Shown one piece after another: positions 39,886-49,327 of a stretch of DNA of 64,000 nt; the first letter of the stretch is position 1, and each line of letters begins with the position of its first letter. The position numbers and the translations under genes are program-made. The DNA comes from Spirochaetia bacterium (GTDB taxonomy: Bacteria > Spirochaetota > Spirochaetia > UBA9216). Below the pieces are notes generated by a model that saw only the letters and a program-made list of their open reading frames with translations, was not told the origin of the DNA and ran no database searches. The stretch covers positions 1-64,000 of the forward strand of contig CAXXYH010000004.1 in NCBI GenBank assembly GCA_963677925.2, given 5' to 3'.

Positions 39886-40335
39886 ATGGACGAAACTCAG
39901 GAAAGCAGGGAATTCTGGCAGGAAAAAGAGCAGGAAACGGGCAAGCAGATACTATTTAAAAGCTTTGCAAGATTTATCGGCGAGGCCGGAAAAGGTCTGA
40001 CGAACTTAAGCGGGCTGCTCTACTCAACCGATGACCGGGTTTATTTTGAAGATTTTGAGAAAACATCATTTCTTGACATGCTGTCAAAGAAGAAAAGAAA
40101 GTATGAAAAATTCACAATGAATTTTCTTCTTTCCGATGCAGATTCAATAAGAAAAGTTTCAGAAAACAGCGCCATCGCCTGTATTCATGGAGAAACTGAA
40201 GAAGCCAGACCTGTAAGCAAACTGGGCAGCCTTTTCGGTTCAACTGCATGGGAGATCCGCTTCACTGACGGAAATACCTATTTCTTTGAACTGTTTGAAA
40301 CTGCAAAACTAAAAGAACTTATCAACGGAAACTGA
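39886..40335 (+). CDS. Hypothetical protein
   Basis: Fills the gap directly before the IMPase gene; start uncertain (track gives TTG 39856). Confidence 0.65.
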   Translation: MDETQESREFWQEKEQETGKQILFKSFARFIGEAGKGLTNLSGLLYSTDDRVYFEDFEKTSFLDMLSKKKRKYEKFTMNFLLSDADSIRKVSENSAIACIHGETEEARPVSKLGSLFGSTAWEIRFTDGNTYFFELFETAKLKELINGN

Positions 40336-40338
40336 ACA

Positions 40339-41118
40339 ATGAAATCCGACAATATTATATTCACAGCGGAAAAAGCCGCAAGAAAGGCAGGAGAGATAAT
40401 TCTCACTGCCTTCAGGAATGTGCAGATCCACCAGAAGGCAAGCAATAATCTTGTTACCGAGGCGGACCTGAGTGCAGAGAAAGCTATCAGAAAAATTATA
40501 CTTGAAGCCTTCCCGGAACATAAAATCCTCGGAGAGGAGGAAGGCGGGATTCTTGATCTGCATGCTGAAAATCTGTGGATTGTAGACCCGCTTGACGGGA
40601 CCAACAACTACGCACACGGACTTACACAATTCGGAGTATCCATAGCATACGCAGAAAAAGGAACTGTTAAAACAGGCTGCATATTTGATCCTGTGCATGG
40701 AGAATTGTTCACAGCGAAGCTTGGGCAGGGTGCATATGTAAACGGAAATAAAATTGAAGCCTCGGACAGGGGAATTGAAGAAGCGATAATTTCAACCGGC
40801 TTTTATTATGAACGCGGCAACATGGTTAAGCGTACACTTAATGCGATTGATTACCTTTTTGAAAATAATATCAGGGGAATCCGCCGGTACGGTGCAGCCT
40901 GTCTTGACATATGCTCTGTTGCCGCCGGAAGGCTTGACGCATACTTTGAATTAAAGCTGGGACCATGGGATTTTGCGGCCGGACTGCTGATAGCATCTGA
41001 AGCGGGAGCAATATGCACCGATGACAGCGGCAATCCAATGTCGCTTGAATCGGCGACCTACATCTTTGCAAATAAAAAGGTACTGCCTTATATAGTTGAA
41101 GCTGTTTCGGTAAAATAA
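40339..41118 (+). CDS. suhB: Inositol monophosphatase family protein
   Basis: VTEAD, GEE, WIVDPLDGTNNY, WDFAAG. Confidence 0.88.
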   Translation: MKSDNIIFTAEKAARKAGEIILTAFRNVQIHQKASNNLVTEADLSAEKAIRKIILEAFPEHKILGEEEGGILDLHAENLWIVDPLDGTNNYAHGLTQFGVSIAYAEKGTVKTGCIFDPVHGELFTAKLGQGAYVNGNKIEASDRGIEEAIISTGFYYERGNMVKRTLNAIDYLFENNIRGIRRYGAACLDICSVAAGRLDAYFELKLGPWDFAAGLLIASEAGAICTDDSGNPMSLESATYIFANKKVLPYIVEAVSVK

Positions 41119-41121
41119 AGA

Positions 41122-41487
41122 ATGCTTACTATCCTTACAGAAATTTTTATTATATTCACAATAGCTTCCGCGGGTATGCTTGCATCACTAATTCCCGGCT
41201 TTCCATTTCCGGGACCTGTTGCCGGTATGCTGATAATGGCGGTTCTGCTTGTTACCGGAATTCTCGATCTTAAAAAGATTCATAGGACAGCAGATTTTTT
41301 CACGGCATCTCTTCCGCTTTTTTTTATACCGCTTATCATCAATCTTATGAAAGAAACCGAGATACTTGGAAAATACGGACTGAAGATCAGCCTCATTGTC
41401 ATTATTTCAACTGTACTCACCATGGCAGTGACAGCCCTTACAGTCAGCCTGCTCTTCAGACTTTCCGCCCAAAAGGATAAAAGCTGA
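41122..41487 (+). CDS. CidA/LrgA-family membrane protein
   Basis: PFPGPVAGML, LPLFFIP; paired with the LrgB-family gene. Confidence 0.85.
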   Translation: MLTILTEIFIIFTIASAGMLASLIPGFPFPGPVAGMLIMAVLLVTGILDLKKIHRTADFFTASLPLFFIPLIINLMKETEILGKYGLKISLIVIISTVLTMAVTALTVSLLFRLSAQKDKS

Positions 41488-42179
41488 TGGAAGCATTTTT
41501 TTCTTCACCGCTTTTCGGAATAACAATAACACTTGCTGCCTATACCCTGGCCAGAGCAATCTACCTTAAGTTCTCTCTGTCTTTTCTGCATCCGGTAATA
41601 ACCGGTTCTGCATTTATCATTATATTTCTGTTTCTGACAGGAATATCGCTTGAAAACTATCAGCGCGGCGGAACAATAATTTCTTTTATGCTTATTCCGG
41701 CAACAGTATCACTTGCAGTTCCCCTGTACAGACAGTTCCACATTCTAAAAAGACATGCTGCAATTCTTATTGCTGGCATATTTGCCGGTTCATTAACATC
41801 GATATTCAGTGTTATTCTACTTTCAAAAGTGTTCGGCCTGCCTGAAGAACTGATGCTTTCACTGGTTCCCAAATCTGTCACAACGCCTATTGCAGTGGAA
41901 ATCTCTGCAGGAATCGGAGGTCTGCCTTCAATCACAGCTCTGTCGGTAATAATTACCGGGATTCTCGGCGCCATAATTGGCCCCGGACTGCTTGGAATCC
42001 TTAAAATCAGAAACGCGACATCCAGGGGAATTGCAATGGGAACGGCTGCTCACGCTATAGGAACCTCCAGAGCCCTGGAGCTGGGCGAAACAGAGGGAGC
42101 AATGAGCAGCCTTGCTATCGGAATGGCGGGACTGGTTACAGTACTTATTGCTCCGCTAATTATTTCAATTCTGCCTTAA
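41487..42179 (+). CDS. LrgB/CidB-family membrane protein
   Basis: PATVSLAVPLY, PKSVTTPIA, GTAAHAIGT. Confidence 0.9.
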   Translation: MEAFFSSPLFGITITLAAYTLARAIYLKFSLSFLHPVITGSAFIIIFLFLTGISLENYQRGGTIISFMLIPATVSLAVPLYRQFHILKRHAAILIAGIFAGSLTSIFSVILLSKVFGLPEELMLSLVPKSVTTPIAVEISAGIGGLPSITALSVIITGILGAIIGPGLLGILKIRNATSRGIAMGTAAHAIGTSRALELGETEGAMSSLAIGMAGLVTVLIAPLIISILP

Positions 42180-43482
42180 GCTCACGGCCGCGTTCTTCCA
42201 TCAGCTCAAGCATCTCTTTCCGGTCTTTGTTAATGGAAAAAATAACACCTATAAAAAGAAGGCTGCAGAGGAACCAGAAACTTATTGCCATATTCACCAT
42301 CAGACCGTAGCTTGAAGTTGCGGCAAGTACCGCACCGCCGATAGCAGGACCAAAGCCCTTTCCGATATTATCAGTAAGATTAAAAACCGCAAAGACCGAA
42401 CCGCGGTGCTCAGGTCGGTTCACATTCATCAGCATAGCCTTGTTATTACTTGAAGCCGTAGCAATACAGGCTCCTCCCAGCAGACTTAAAGCCATTACAA
42501 TAACCGGTGATGAAAAAGGAATATTGAAGAATATAAAACAGGGAATAGTTCCTGCCATTATTCCGATTGTACACAGAAGCGGAAGGTATGAAGGCTTTTT
42601 TGAAAAAAGCTTATCACCGATAAAGGCCCAGAAAAGTCCTCCGGTTACAACGCCTACGCCGAAGAGCTCCCATATGAGGGTTGCTTCAGCCTGACCCATT
42701 CCCTGAGTCTCCCGGAAAAAAGTAATAACCCAGAACGTAAGAATACCCCAGGGGATAGTTCCGGGAATTCCCTGAAGAAACAGAAAAAGATTTGTCCGCT
42801 TTTTAAGGACATGCCTGAAATCAGAAAGCTTGATTTTATGGTTGTATTCAGCACCTGAATGAAGCGCTTCAGCAAGAGCCTTCTCCGACGAGCCGCGTTC
42901 CGGAGATCGGGCAATCAGTCCGAAGAGCAGAACAACTGGAAAGTTGGGAACAGCAGCAAGTATGAATGCAAGCCGCCAGCCGTAGCCGGAAGCCAGGCCG
43001 ATGTTTGCCATGATGGGGCCGACCATTGTACCAAGCCCCCACGCTATATCAATAAACGCAACAGCTTTCGCCCGGTGCCTGTCAGTAAAGTAGTCGGAAA
43101 CCAGACTGAAAAGAAGCGGATATATTCCGCCTACCCCTATACCGGTAAGTATTCTCATAATTACATATCCCTGAAAGCTGGCAGTAAAAAACTTAATACC
43201 GGTCAGGAAGCAGGGAATCTCGCCAATAAGAACAACCGCCATAAGCAGCTGCTTTCTGGCGGATTTATCTGAAAAGTATCCGAATATGATACTAAGAGCC
43301 GCTCCTAATAAAGTGAAAGCCGAAGCAACATAACTGATTGAAGCATTGGGAACACCGTATTCCGCAGCAAGCTCAGGGACGATGGCAGGTGTAATATAAA
43401 GATCGCATTGCAAGAAGAAGGACATAAGGACCATCAGGCCCAGGGTTACTTTATCTCTTGAACCAAGTTTAAATTCAGACAT
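42160..43482 (-). CDS. MFS transporter
   Basis: About 12 TMs; GYFSDKSARK motif A, RILTGIG, GWRLAF. Confidence 0.88.
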   Translation of the reverse strand: MSEFKLGSRDKVTLGLMVLMSFFLQCDLYITPAIVPELAAEYGVPNASISYVASAFTLLGAALSIIFGYFSDKSARKQLLMAVVLIGEIPCFLTGIKFFTASFQGYVIMRILTGIGVGGIYPLLFSLVSDYFTDRHRAKAVAFIDIAWGLGTMVGPIMANIGLASGYGWRLAFILAAVPNFPVVLLFGLIARSPERGSSEKALAEALHSGAEYNHKIKLSDFRHVLKKRTNLFLFLQGIPGTIPWGILTFWVITFFRETQGMGQAEATLIWELFGVGVVTGGLFWAFIGDKLFSKKPSYLPLLCTIGIMAGTIPCFIFFNIPFSSPVIVMALSLLGGACIATASSNNKAMLMNVNRPEHRGSVFAVFNLTDNIGKGFGPAIGGAVLAATSSYGLMVNMAISFWFLCSLLFIGVIFSINKDRKEMLELMEERGRELKAELK

Positions 43483-43553
43483 TTTGACTCTCCAATATTT
43501 GATTTTATACCGGGATGAGCAGGTTTGGAAAGAAAGTTATGTAAATTTGAAGT

Positions 43554-43584
43554 AAAGAAAGGCTCCGCCGGTATAGCGGAGCCT
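43554..43584 (-). terminator. Intrinsic terminator after the caspase gene
   Basis: AGGCTCCGC-N7-GCGGAGCCT followed by TTCTTT on the minus strand. Confidence 0.7.
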
Positions 43585-43611
43585 GATAAATAACTGATTG
43601 AGGGGTGCTTA

Positions 43612-46065
43612 CTAAAGCCTGACCCCAAGAAAAAAGGATGGAAAAACTTCCATTGTATTATAGCTGTCAAAATCAACCTGCATCATAGGCTGGCCGGAAT
43701 TGAATGAAGATATGCTTGAACCGAGGTCGTAACTGACGCCGCTCTCATTTCCGAAGAGATGAAAGTCCCAGTTCACACCGGCGAATATAGACATTGAACC
43801 GAAGAGCTTGAATCCGCCGCTTAATCTTGCTGCAGGATAATAGTCTGCAGTGCCCTCAAAAACACTCTTAACATTATTCTCTACGCTGCCCATACCGTAT
43901 CCGACGGCCTTGGCATAGATGTCCATGTCAAAATAAAGTCTTTCACCGCCGATTTCCAGGCCCATTCCAAGACCCAAAGTGGACGCAAGCTCGGGAGTTT
44001 CGCTGTGATATCCAAAGTTCATGAATGTATAAACTGAAGAGGTCCCAAGCTGGTAGCTGATGTTTCCAAAACCGAGGTCGTCCCAGGAGAATGAAACATC
44101 GTTCAGTCCGTTTCCGCTTATATTTATAAGACCTATAGGCAGTCCGTAGAGCTCATCGCTGATATTGACAAGACCTACCTGGAGGCCGTAAACCTTTCCG
44201 CCGAAGTTGAAAAGTCCTGCCTGAAAACCATTAACATTCTCAGCTACGTTGAAAATACCTGCACCCTGAGCACCGTAAACATTGCCCTCTGCAATATTGA
44301 ATATTCCTGAAAGCTGAAGACCTCTGACATCACGTTCTGCAACATTAAAGATTCCGGCAGCCTGCAGGAAGGCAACATCCCTTGCAGAGTTCCATATGCC
44401 GGATATCTGTGCACCCATCACATCCATTTCTGTGGCATTCCATATACCTGAAATCTGAAAACCGTCCACATTATCATCAGCGGAACTGAATATGCCGCCT
44501 ATCTGAAAACCGTCAACAGTTCCTGATGTCTCTGCAAATATTCCGCCAATCTGAAAGCCCTTCATGCTTTTTTCAGTAGTCGCACCAATGAGCCCCAGCT
44601 GTATACCTGATACATCTTTCTCTGATGCAACAAAGCCGAGTGAAAATTTAGCAGGATCATAATCAGGGGCTTTTTCTCTGTCAGAAGAAGCAGTAGAGGA
44701 GCTGTCTGAGGCGGCAATATACGCATCGCCGGTTTCTCGCTGAACGTTTATAAGAACGGTTTCATCTGGAGCGGAATCATTATTATCGTTGATGGAAGCT
44801 TCACCGGAGCTTTCACTCATGCCGGCGGCTTCAAGCGCCCTTCTCCGTGCACGTTCTGCAATTTCATCCAGCTCAGAGGCTGTTCTTGAAATGTCATCTT
44901 CACCGTTTACAGAAGCAGTTTCTTCAGTCAACGCCGGTGCTGGCAGGGTATCAACAGCAACAAATGTTCCTCCGCGTGATGTTGTCACCTTGCCCGGAAC
45001 CGGGTAAAACTCATCTTTCTGTACAATAACCTTGGCTCCGCCGGAAAGCATCAGGTCTGCGGAAAGCAGCTGATCACCGTCGTCGAGAATCATTGAATAT
45101 CTTCCGGGTGCAATTGAAACAGCAAGCGGAGCACCCTCTATTTTTTTCAGCTCAACGACAAGGCGGCCTGCGCTGTCCCGTACAAAAATCCGGCCGCGGA
45201 GATTCTTTTCAAACATTATCTGTTCAGAAACTTCTCTCAGATCGGTAAGGATAAGTTCTCCGGTTCCGGCAAGCTGGATATCATATGAAGGATGCTGGGG
45301 GCCGGCAAGGGTATCTTCTGTTCTTGCCAGAGTTTCAGCAGCCGCATATGAATAAGCCTCATTAAGAGTTACAGTACCGTCAAAGGTGCTGTCGGCAGCG
45401 CCCCTGAGCGCAGTGATTAAATAATGCGTGAAGAAAGAGGCACCGAGGTCATCAGATTCCTGGGCAGCTTCATCTTCCGAACTTGAAGTCAGGAAGGCGT
45501 GTCCTGAAGCGTCCACTGATTCATCGGATAGAAAGGGGGATCTTCTTACACCACCCTTCATTCGGGTGAAAGCTCCTGATGAGCAGGAGTCGAGAACTGC
45601 AATATTTACATCAGCACCGACAGAATCAATAAGTTCCTTAAGATCTTCATACTTCATTACCGAGTCGCCGAGCAGAAGACCCTTTTCATCTGAATGACCA
45701 GAATAATAGAAGAAAAACTCGGAACGCTTTACTTCGGTATCGTTGCTCACATTTCTTTTTAGGGTGGAAATTGTATCTTTAAGAAGGGCCGGTGACGGAT
45801 CTGTTAAAACAATACCGTCGGCAGGCATTACACCGCCGAGCCGCTGCATAACATCAGAAAGAGCCCTTGCATCAGTTACAGCATATGAAAGGGTTACTCT
45901 TTCGTGACCGCCGTAATTGGAGCCTACATACACTGCGTATCTTCTCATAACTGAGGTTTGTGCAGAGGCGCCTGCCGCTGATACAAGAAAAAGCAGGCAT
46001 ATAAATCCGATTATACTTATCTGAAGAAGCATCTTCTTCAGGACATCTTTTACAAGGCTTTTCAT
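43612..46065 (-). CDS. Exported caspase-family (peptidase C14) protein with GxQxxGxxN repeats and a probable C-terminal beta-barrel
   Basis: Signal peptide ending ASA; RRYAVYVGSNYG, FYYSGHSD (His), LDSCSSG (Cys); about ten 14-16-aa repeats; C-terminus FPSFFLGVRL. Confidence 0.85.
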   Translation of the reverse strand: MKSLVKDVLKKMLLQISIIGFICLLFLVSAAGASAQTSVMRRYAVYVGSNYGGHERVTLSYAVTDARALSDVMQRLGGVMPADGIVLTDPSPALLKDTISTLKRNVSNDTEVKRSEFFFYYSGHSDEKGLLLGDSVMKYEDLKELIDSVGADVNIAVLDSCSSGAFTRMKGGVRRSPFLSDESVDASGHAFLTSSSEDEAAQESDDLGASFFTHYLITALRGAADSTFDGTVTLNEAYSYAAAETLARTEDTLAGPQHPSYDIQLAGTGELILTDLREVSEQIMFEKNLRGRIFVRDSAGRLVVELKKIEGAPLAVSIAPGRYSMILDDGDQLLSADLMLSGGAKVIVQKDEFYPVPGKVTTSRGGTFVAVDTLPAPALTEETASVNGEDDISRTASELDEIAERARRRALEAAGMSESSGEASINDNNDSAPDETVLINVQRETGDAYIAASDSSSTASSDREKAPDYDPAKFSLGFVASEKDVSGIQLGLIGATTEKSMKGFQIGGIFAETSGTVDGFQIGGIFSSADDNVDGFQISGIWNATEMDVMGAQISGIWNSARDVAFLQAAGIFNVAERDVRGLQLSGIFNIAEGNVYGAQGAGIFNVAENVNGFQAGLFNFGGKVYGLQVGLVNISDELYGLPIGLINISGNGLNDVSFSWDDLGFGNISYQLGTSSVYTFMNFGYHSETPELASTLGLGMGLEIGGERLYFDMDIYAKAVGYGMGSVENNVKSVFEGTADYYPAARLSGGFKLFGSMSIFAGVNWDFHLFGNESGVSYDLGSSISSFNSGQPMMQVDFDSYNTMEVFPSFFLGVRL

Positions 46066-46856
46066 CTTTCAGCCCCCTTCTTTAATAAGATTGTTGTCTG
46101 GTAGTATTCTTCAGGGATATCAAGAAAACTACGTCTTGCCGAACTGTTTGATGAAGCCAGCTCATAAGCTGCGTCAAGAACTTCATCGGCATTGAACCAG
46201 TCTCCTCCGGCTATAAAGAAGAATCTTTCAAATTCCGGAGCATCATCAAGCTCATAGGCATACGGCAGAAGAACAGCCCCGTTGTTATCGAGCTCTGGTT
46301 TTATTCCGCTGTATGAGGGATAGTGCATGGTAACAGTACCCCGTCCGTCGATTGAAAAAATCAGGCCGTACCTGTAGCCGCCGGCAATGTATTCAATCTG
46401 CAGAAGATCCTTTTCGGCAACGGTGTCCCTGTTTTCAAGGATTTCAGCAGAACCGCTGAGGCTCCGGTATATTTTAAGAGAGGGCTTCATGCCCTTAATT
46501 CTTTCAGTTGCATTTACATCCGGAGTCGCTCCTGTTCCGCCTGTGCTCACCGGAGCGTTGAAAAAACTGAATCCGAATATAACAACAACCGCTGCAGCGG
46601 CTGCCAGGGCAGAAATCCGGAAAACCGGAAACTTCAGAATCTTTGAGCCATTGCTTTGTTCACTTCTTTCCTTAATTGAATCAACTGCCTCATCTACGGG
46701 AAATTTTTTAAAGAAATCTTTATCTGAGTCATCCAGTTCTCTCAGGAGTCTTTCAAGTTCATTCGGATCTTCAAAACTGTCTTCGAACCGCTTTTTTTCT
46801 TCATCTTTCAGTTCGCCCAGTTTGTATTGCTCAAGAAACAGCTTTCCAGGTTTCAT
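46062..46856 (-). CDS. Probable single-pass anti-sigma factor (ActD/DUF4384-like)
   Basis: LEQYKLGEL helical N-terminus, one TM (ISALAAAAAVVVIFGFSFF), ERIKG, FSIDGRGTVTMHYP, YELDDAPEFERFF; follows an ECF sigma. Confidence 0.7.
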   Translation of the reverse strand: MKPGKLFLEQYKLGELKDEEKKRFEDSFEDPNELERLLRELDDSDKDFFKKFPVDEAVDSIKERSEQSNGSKILKFPVFRISALAAAAAVVVIFGFSFFNAPVSTGGTGATPDVNATERIKGMKPSLKIYRSLSGSAEILENRDTVAEKDLLQIEYIAGGYRYGLIFSIDGRGTVTMHYPSYSGIKPELDNNGAVLLPYAYELDDAPEFERFFFIAGGDWFNADEVLDAAYELASSNSSARRSFLDIPEEYYQTTILLKKGAER

Positions 46857-46859
46857 AGA

Positions 46860-47336
46860 TTATTCCTCCTTAAGCGCAAGACCCCTCTCACGGAGGCCCC
46901 TTAGCCTTTTTCGGACACCGGAAACGGACATGTTCAAAACACGTGCTGTTTCTTCAAGGGTATAACCCTCAACATAATGCAGCACAGCCATTGTCCTTGT
47001 AGATTCTTTTTCAAGACTGAAAAGCTGTTCAAGAAAATGGTTTGTCAGTACTATTCTCTCATGACTTTCAGTCCCTACAGCGGTTTCAATTATCTCATTA
47101 CCGCTGTCTACAAGACGGTTGACTTTACGGAGTTCATTAAGACAGACGTTTGTAGCTATAGTATACAGAAGGCTTGATGGAGCTCTGTCGTCGAGTGAGT
47201 CTGCTTTTCTGAGTACCTTCACAAATACTTCCTGCATGGCGTCATAGGCGCGATCTTCATCATTTAGAAGCGATTTGCAGCGCCTGAATACCATGGGACC
47301 GTATTTTCTGTAAAATTGTTCTACGTCAATCTTCAA
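46860..47336 (-). CDS. ECF RNA polymerase sigma factor
   Basis: Region 2 (AYDAMQEVFVK, LYTIATNVCLNELR) and region 4 (EGYTLEETARVLNMSVSGVRKRL). Confidence 0.92.
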   Translation of the reverse strand: MKIDVEQFYRKYGPMVFRRCKSLLNDEDRAYDAMQEVFVKVLRKADSLDDRAPSSLLYTIATNVCLNELRKVNRLVDSGNEIIETAVGTESHERIVLTNHFLEQLFSLEKESTRTMAVLHYVEGYTLEETARVLNMSVSGVRKRLRGLRERGLALKEE

Positions 47337-47369
47337 TGAAATCCGTCCCTTTCCATTGTCTATCTATTG

Positions 47370-47397
47370 AACACCATGAAAAGGCTGTGCTGTTACC
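47370..47397 (-). promoter_or_regulatory. Candidate ECF-type (autoregulatory) promoter
   Basis: Minus strand GGTAAC-17 bp-GTGTT upstream of the sigma gene; AAC in the -35 is typical of ECF promoters. Confidence 0.4.
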
Positions 47398-47404
47398 GGA
47401 TTCA

Positions 47405-49327
47405 CTATTTTTTTGACTTTTTTTTCACAAACTTGGCGCTCTTTATCTCTTTTGCTGAAAGTCTGACTCCGGCAGCCTTAACACCCTTAACAAGATAGCC
47501 CGAAACGTCGAAACTTTCATCCAGAACCTTCAATCTCGGCTTTTCTTTATAGGTAACAGCGGCCTCAACATCCTCTTTGGTTGTAAGTTTGATTATTTTA
47601 TTTCCCTCGGGAATCAGTTCATATGATTTATCAAGTATGAACTTCTCAATCTTACAGCGCTTCAGATGGGCATAGCCTGTTTTATTGTTTTTATAAAGGA
47701 TACTGAAGACCGTTTCTGCCATCTCATCCTTGTCGGCAAGTCCGCAGAAAAGCAGACCCTTGTCTACAAAGAGCTTATCGGGCACGTCGATAACAGAGTA
47801 GACACCGCTTGCCCTTATAACCAGAATACGATCGTAGTTTGATACATTAAAAAGTGTCTTGCCCGATTTAACATCGTAACCGAGATAACCTGTATTGTCA
47901 TCATATGCCAGATTCAGGTTTCTCTGCGCAACCTCGCGGACGTCCACCTTATCAAAAGAAATAACCTCTGTTTTTCGTTTCTGCTCTTCGACAACCCCCT
48001 GAAGAAGGACATCGATAAAAGATACAGCATACTCGGTTATATGCCGCAGATGATGTCTAACTTCCTTCAGCCTTGCCTGAAGCTGGGCCATTTCATCCCT
48101 GGCCTTGTTGATGTCATAAAGCGAGATTCTCCGGATAGGAATTTTAAGCAGTCTTTCAACATCATCCTCGGTAACTTCACGTTTTATTTCATCCATATAG
48201 GGTTCAAATCCCTTGATAACTGTACTGATTACACCGTCTTTGGTTTTCATCGTTTCAATACGTTTATAGATTCTTTCCTCTATGAAAATTCTTTCAAGGG
48301 TTCTTGCATGTATCTTATCAAGAAGTCCGCGTTCCTCAAGCTTCAGCTCATCACGCAGAACTTCAACAATCTGCCCGGCATAATACTTGATAATCTCGGT
48401 GACAGTCATAATGACAGGCAGACCTTTGCGGATAACCAGAAGGTTGACCGATATTGAAACCTCGCAGTCGGTAAATGCATAGAGTGAATCCACAACCTCT
48501 TCGGTATGAACTCCGCGGGCAAGCTTTATTTCAATCTCGGCCTTTTCGGTTGTGAAGTCGGTAATACTTGAAACCTTAATCTTGTTCTGTCTGGCGGCGG
48601 TCTCAATCGAGTTCATAAGCGACTCGGTTGTTGTTCCGAAGGGTATCTCGCGGATAACTATGCGCTTCTCATCGGAAGTATCAAGTTTGGCACGGACAAG
48701 AACCTTTCCATTGCCGTCTTCATAGTTGGAGACATCAACATAGCCGCCTGTGGGAAAATCAGGGTAAAGCTTGAAGGCCTTTCCCTGAAGGCAGGATTTT
48801 ACAGCACCAAGAACTTCTTCATAGTTATGCGGCAGAATCTTTGTGGACATACCTACCGCGATTCCTTCTGCACCGTGAATCAGAATTACCGGAATCTTTG
48901 CTCTGAAGGCGATCGGCTCCTTATTTCTTCCGTCATATGAATCGGTGTACTCTGTAATTTCGGGATTGTAGAGAACCCTCTTTGCCAGCGGAAGAGCCCG
49001 GCACTCAATATACCTCGCAGCAGACGCCGGGTCGCCGGTCAGAATATTGCCGAAGTTTCCCTGTTTGTCTACAAACAGTTCCTTGTTGGCAAGCACTACA
49101 AGAGCTGAATAAATGGAAGCATCGCCATGGGGATGGTATTTCATACAGTGGCCTACAACATTTGCAACCTTATGAAATTTACCGTCATCCATTTCAAACA
49201 GTGAATGAATTATTCTCCGCTGTACAGGTTTAAGTCCGTCCTGCAGGTCAGGAATAGCCCTGTCCTTGATTACGTAAGATGCATATTCAAGAAAATTATC
49301 GTTAAAAAGTTTTTTTACGTATGACAT
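47405..49327 (-). CDS. parC: DNA topoisomerase IV subunit A (short type)
   Basis: DGLKPVQRR, YHPHGD, AARYIE catalytic Tyr; 640 aa, no GyrA box seen. Confidence 0.9.
   Translation of the reverse strand: MSYVKKLFNDNFLEYASYVIKDRAIPDLQDGLKPVQRRIIHSLFEMDDGKFHKVANVVGHCMKYHPHGDASIYSALVVLANKELFVDKQGNFGNILTGDPASAARYIECRALPLAKRVLYNPEITEYTDSYDGRNKEPIAFRAKIPVILIHGAEGIAVGMSTKILPHNYEEVLGAVKSCLQGKAFKLYPDFPTGGYVDVSNYEDGNGKVLVRAKLDTSDEKRIVIREIPFGTTTESLMNSIETAARQNKIKVSSITDFTTEKAEIEIKLARGVHTEEVVDSLYAFTDCEVSISVNLLVIRKGLPVIMTVTEIIKYYAGQIVEVLRDELKLEERGLLDKIHARTLERIFIEERIYKRIETMKTKDGVISTVIKGFEPYMDEIKREVTEDDVERLLKIPIRRISLYDINKARDEMAQLQARLKEVRHHLRHITEYAVSFIDVLLQGVVEEQKRKTEVISFDKVDVREVAQRNLNLAYDDNTGYLGYDVKSGKTLFNVSNYDRILVIRASGVYSVIDVPDKLFVDKGLLFCGLADKDEMAETVFSILYKNNKTGYAHLKRCKIEKFILDKSYELIPEGNKIIKLTTKEDVEAAVTYKEKPRLKVLDESFDVSGYLVKGVKAAGVRLSAKEIKSAKFVKKKSKK

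Noticed and set aside
41122-42179. LrgA/LrgB read as prophage holin genes
   Set aside because: No phage genes are nearby, and this is a common chromosomal pair.
43612-46065. Caspase read as part of a gasdermin, Avs or CRISPR type III anti-phage system
   Set aside because: It has a signal peptide and sits with an ECF sigma. No gasdermin, STAND NTPase, TIR or cas gene is adjacent.
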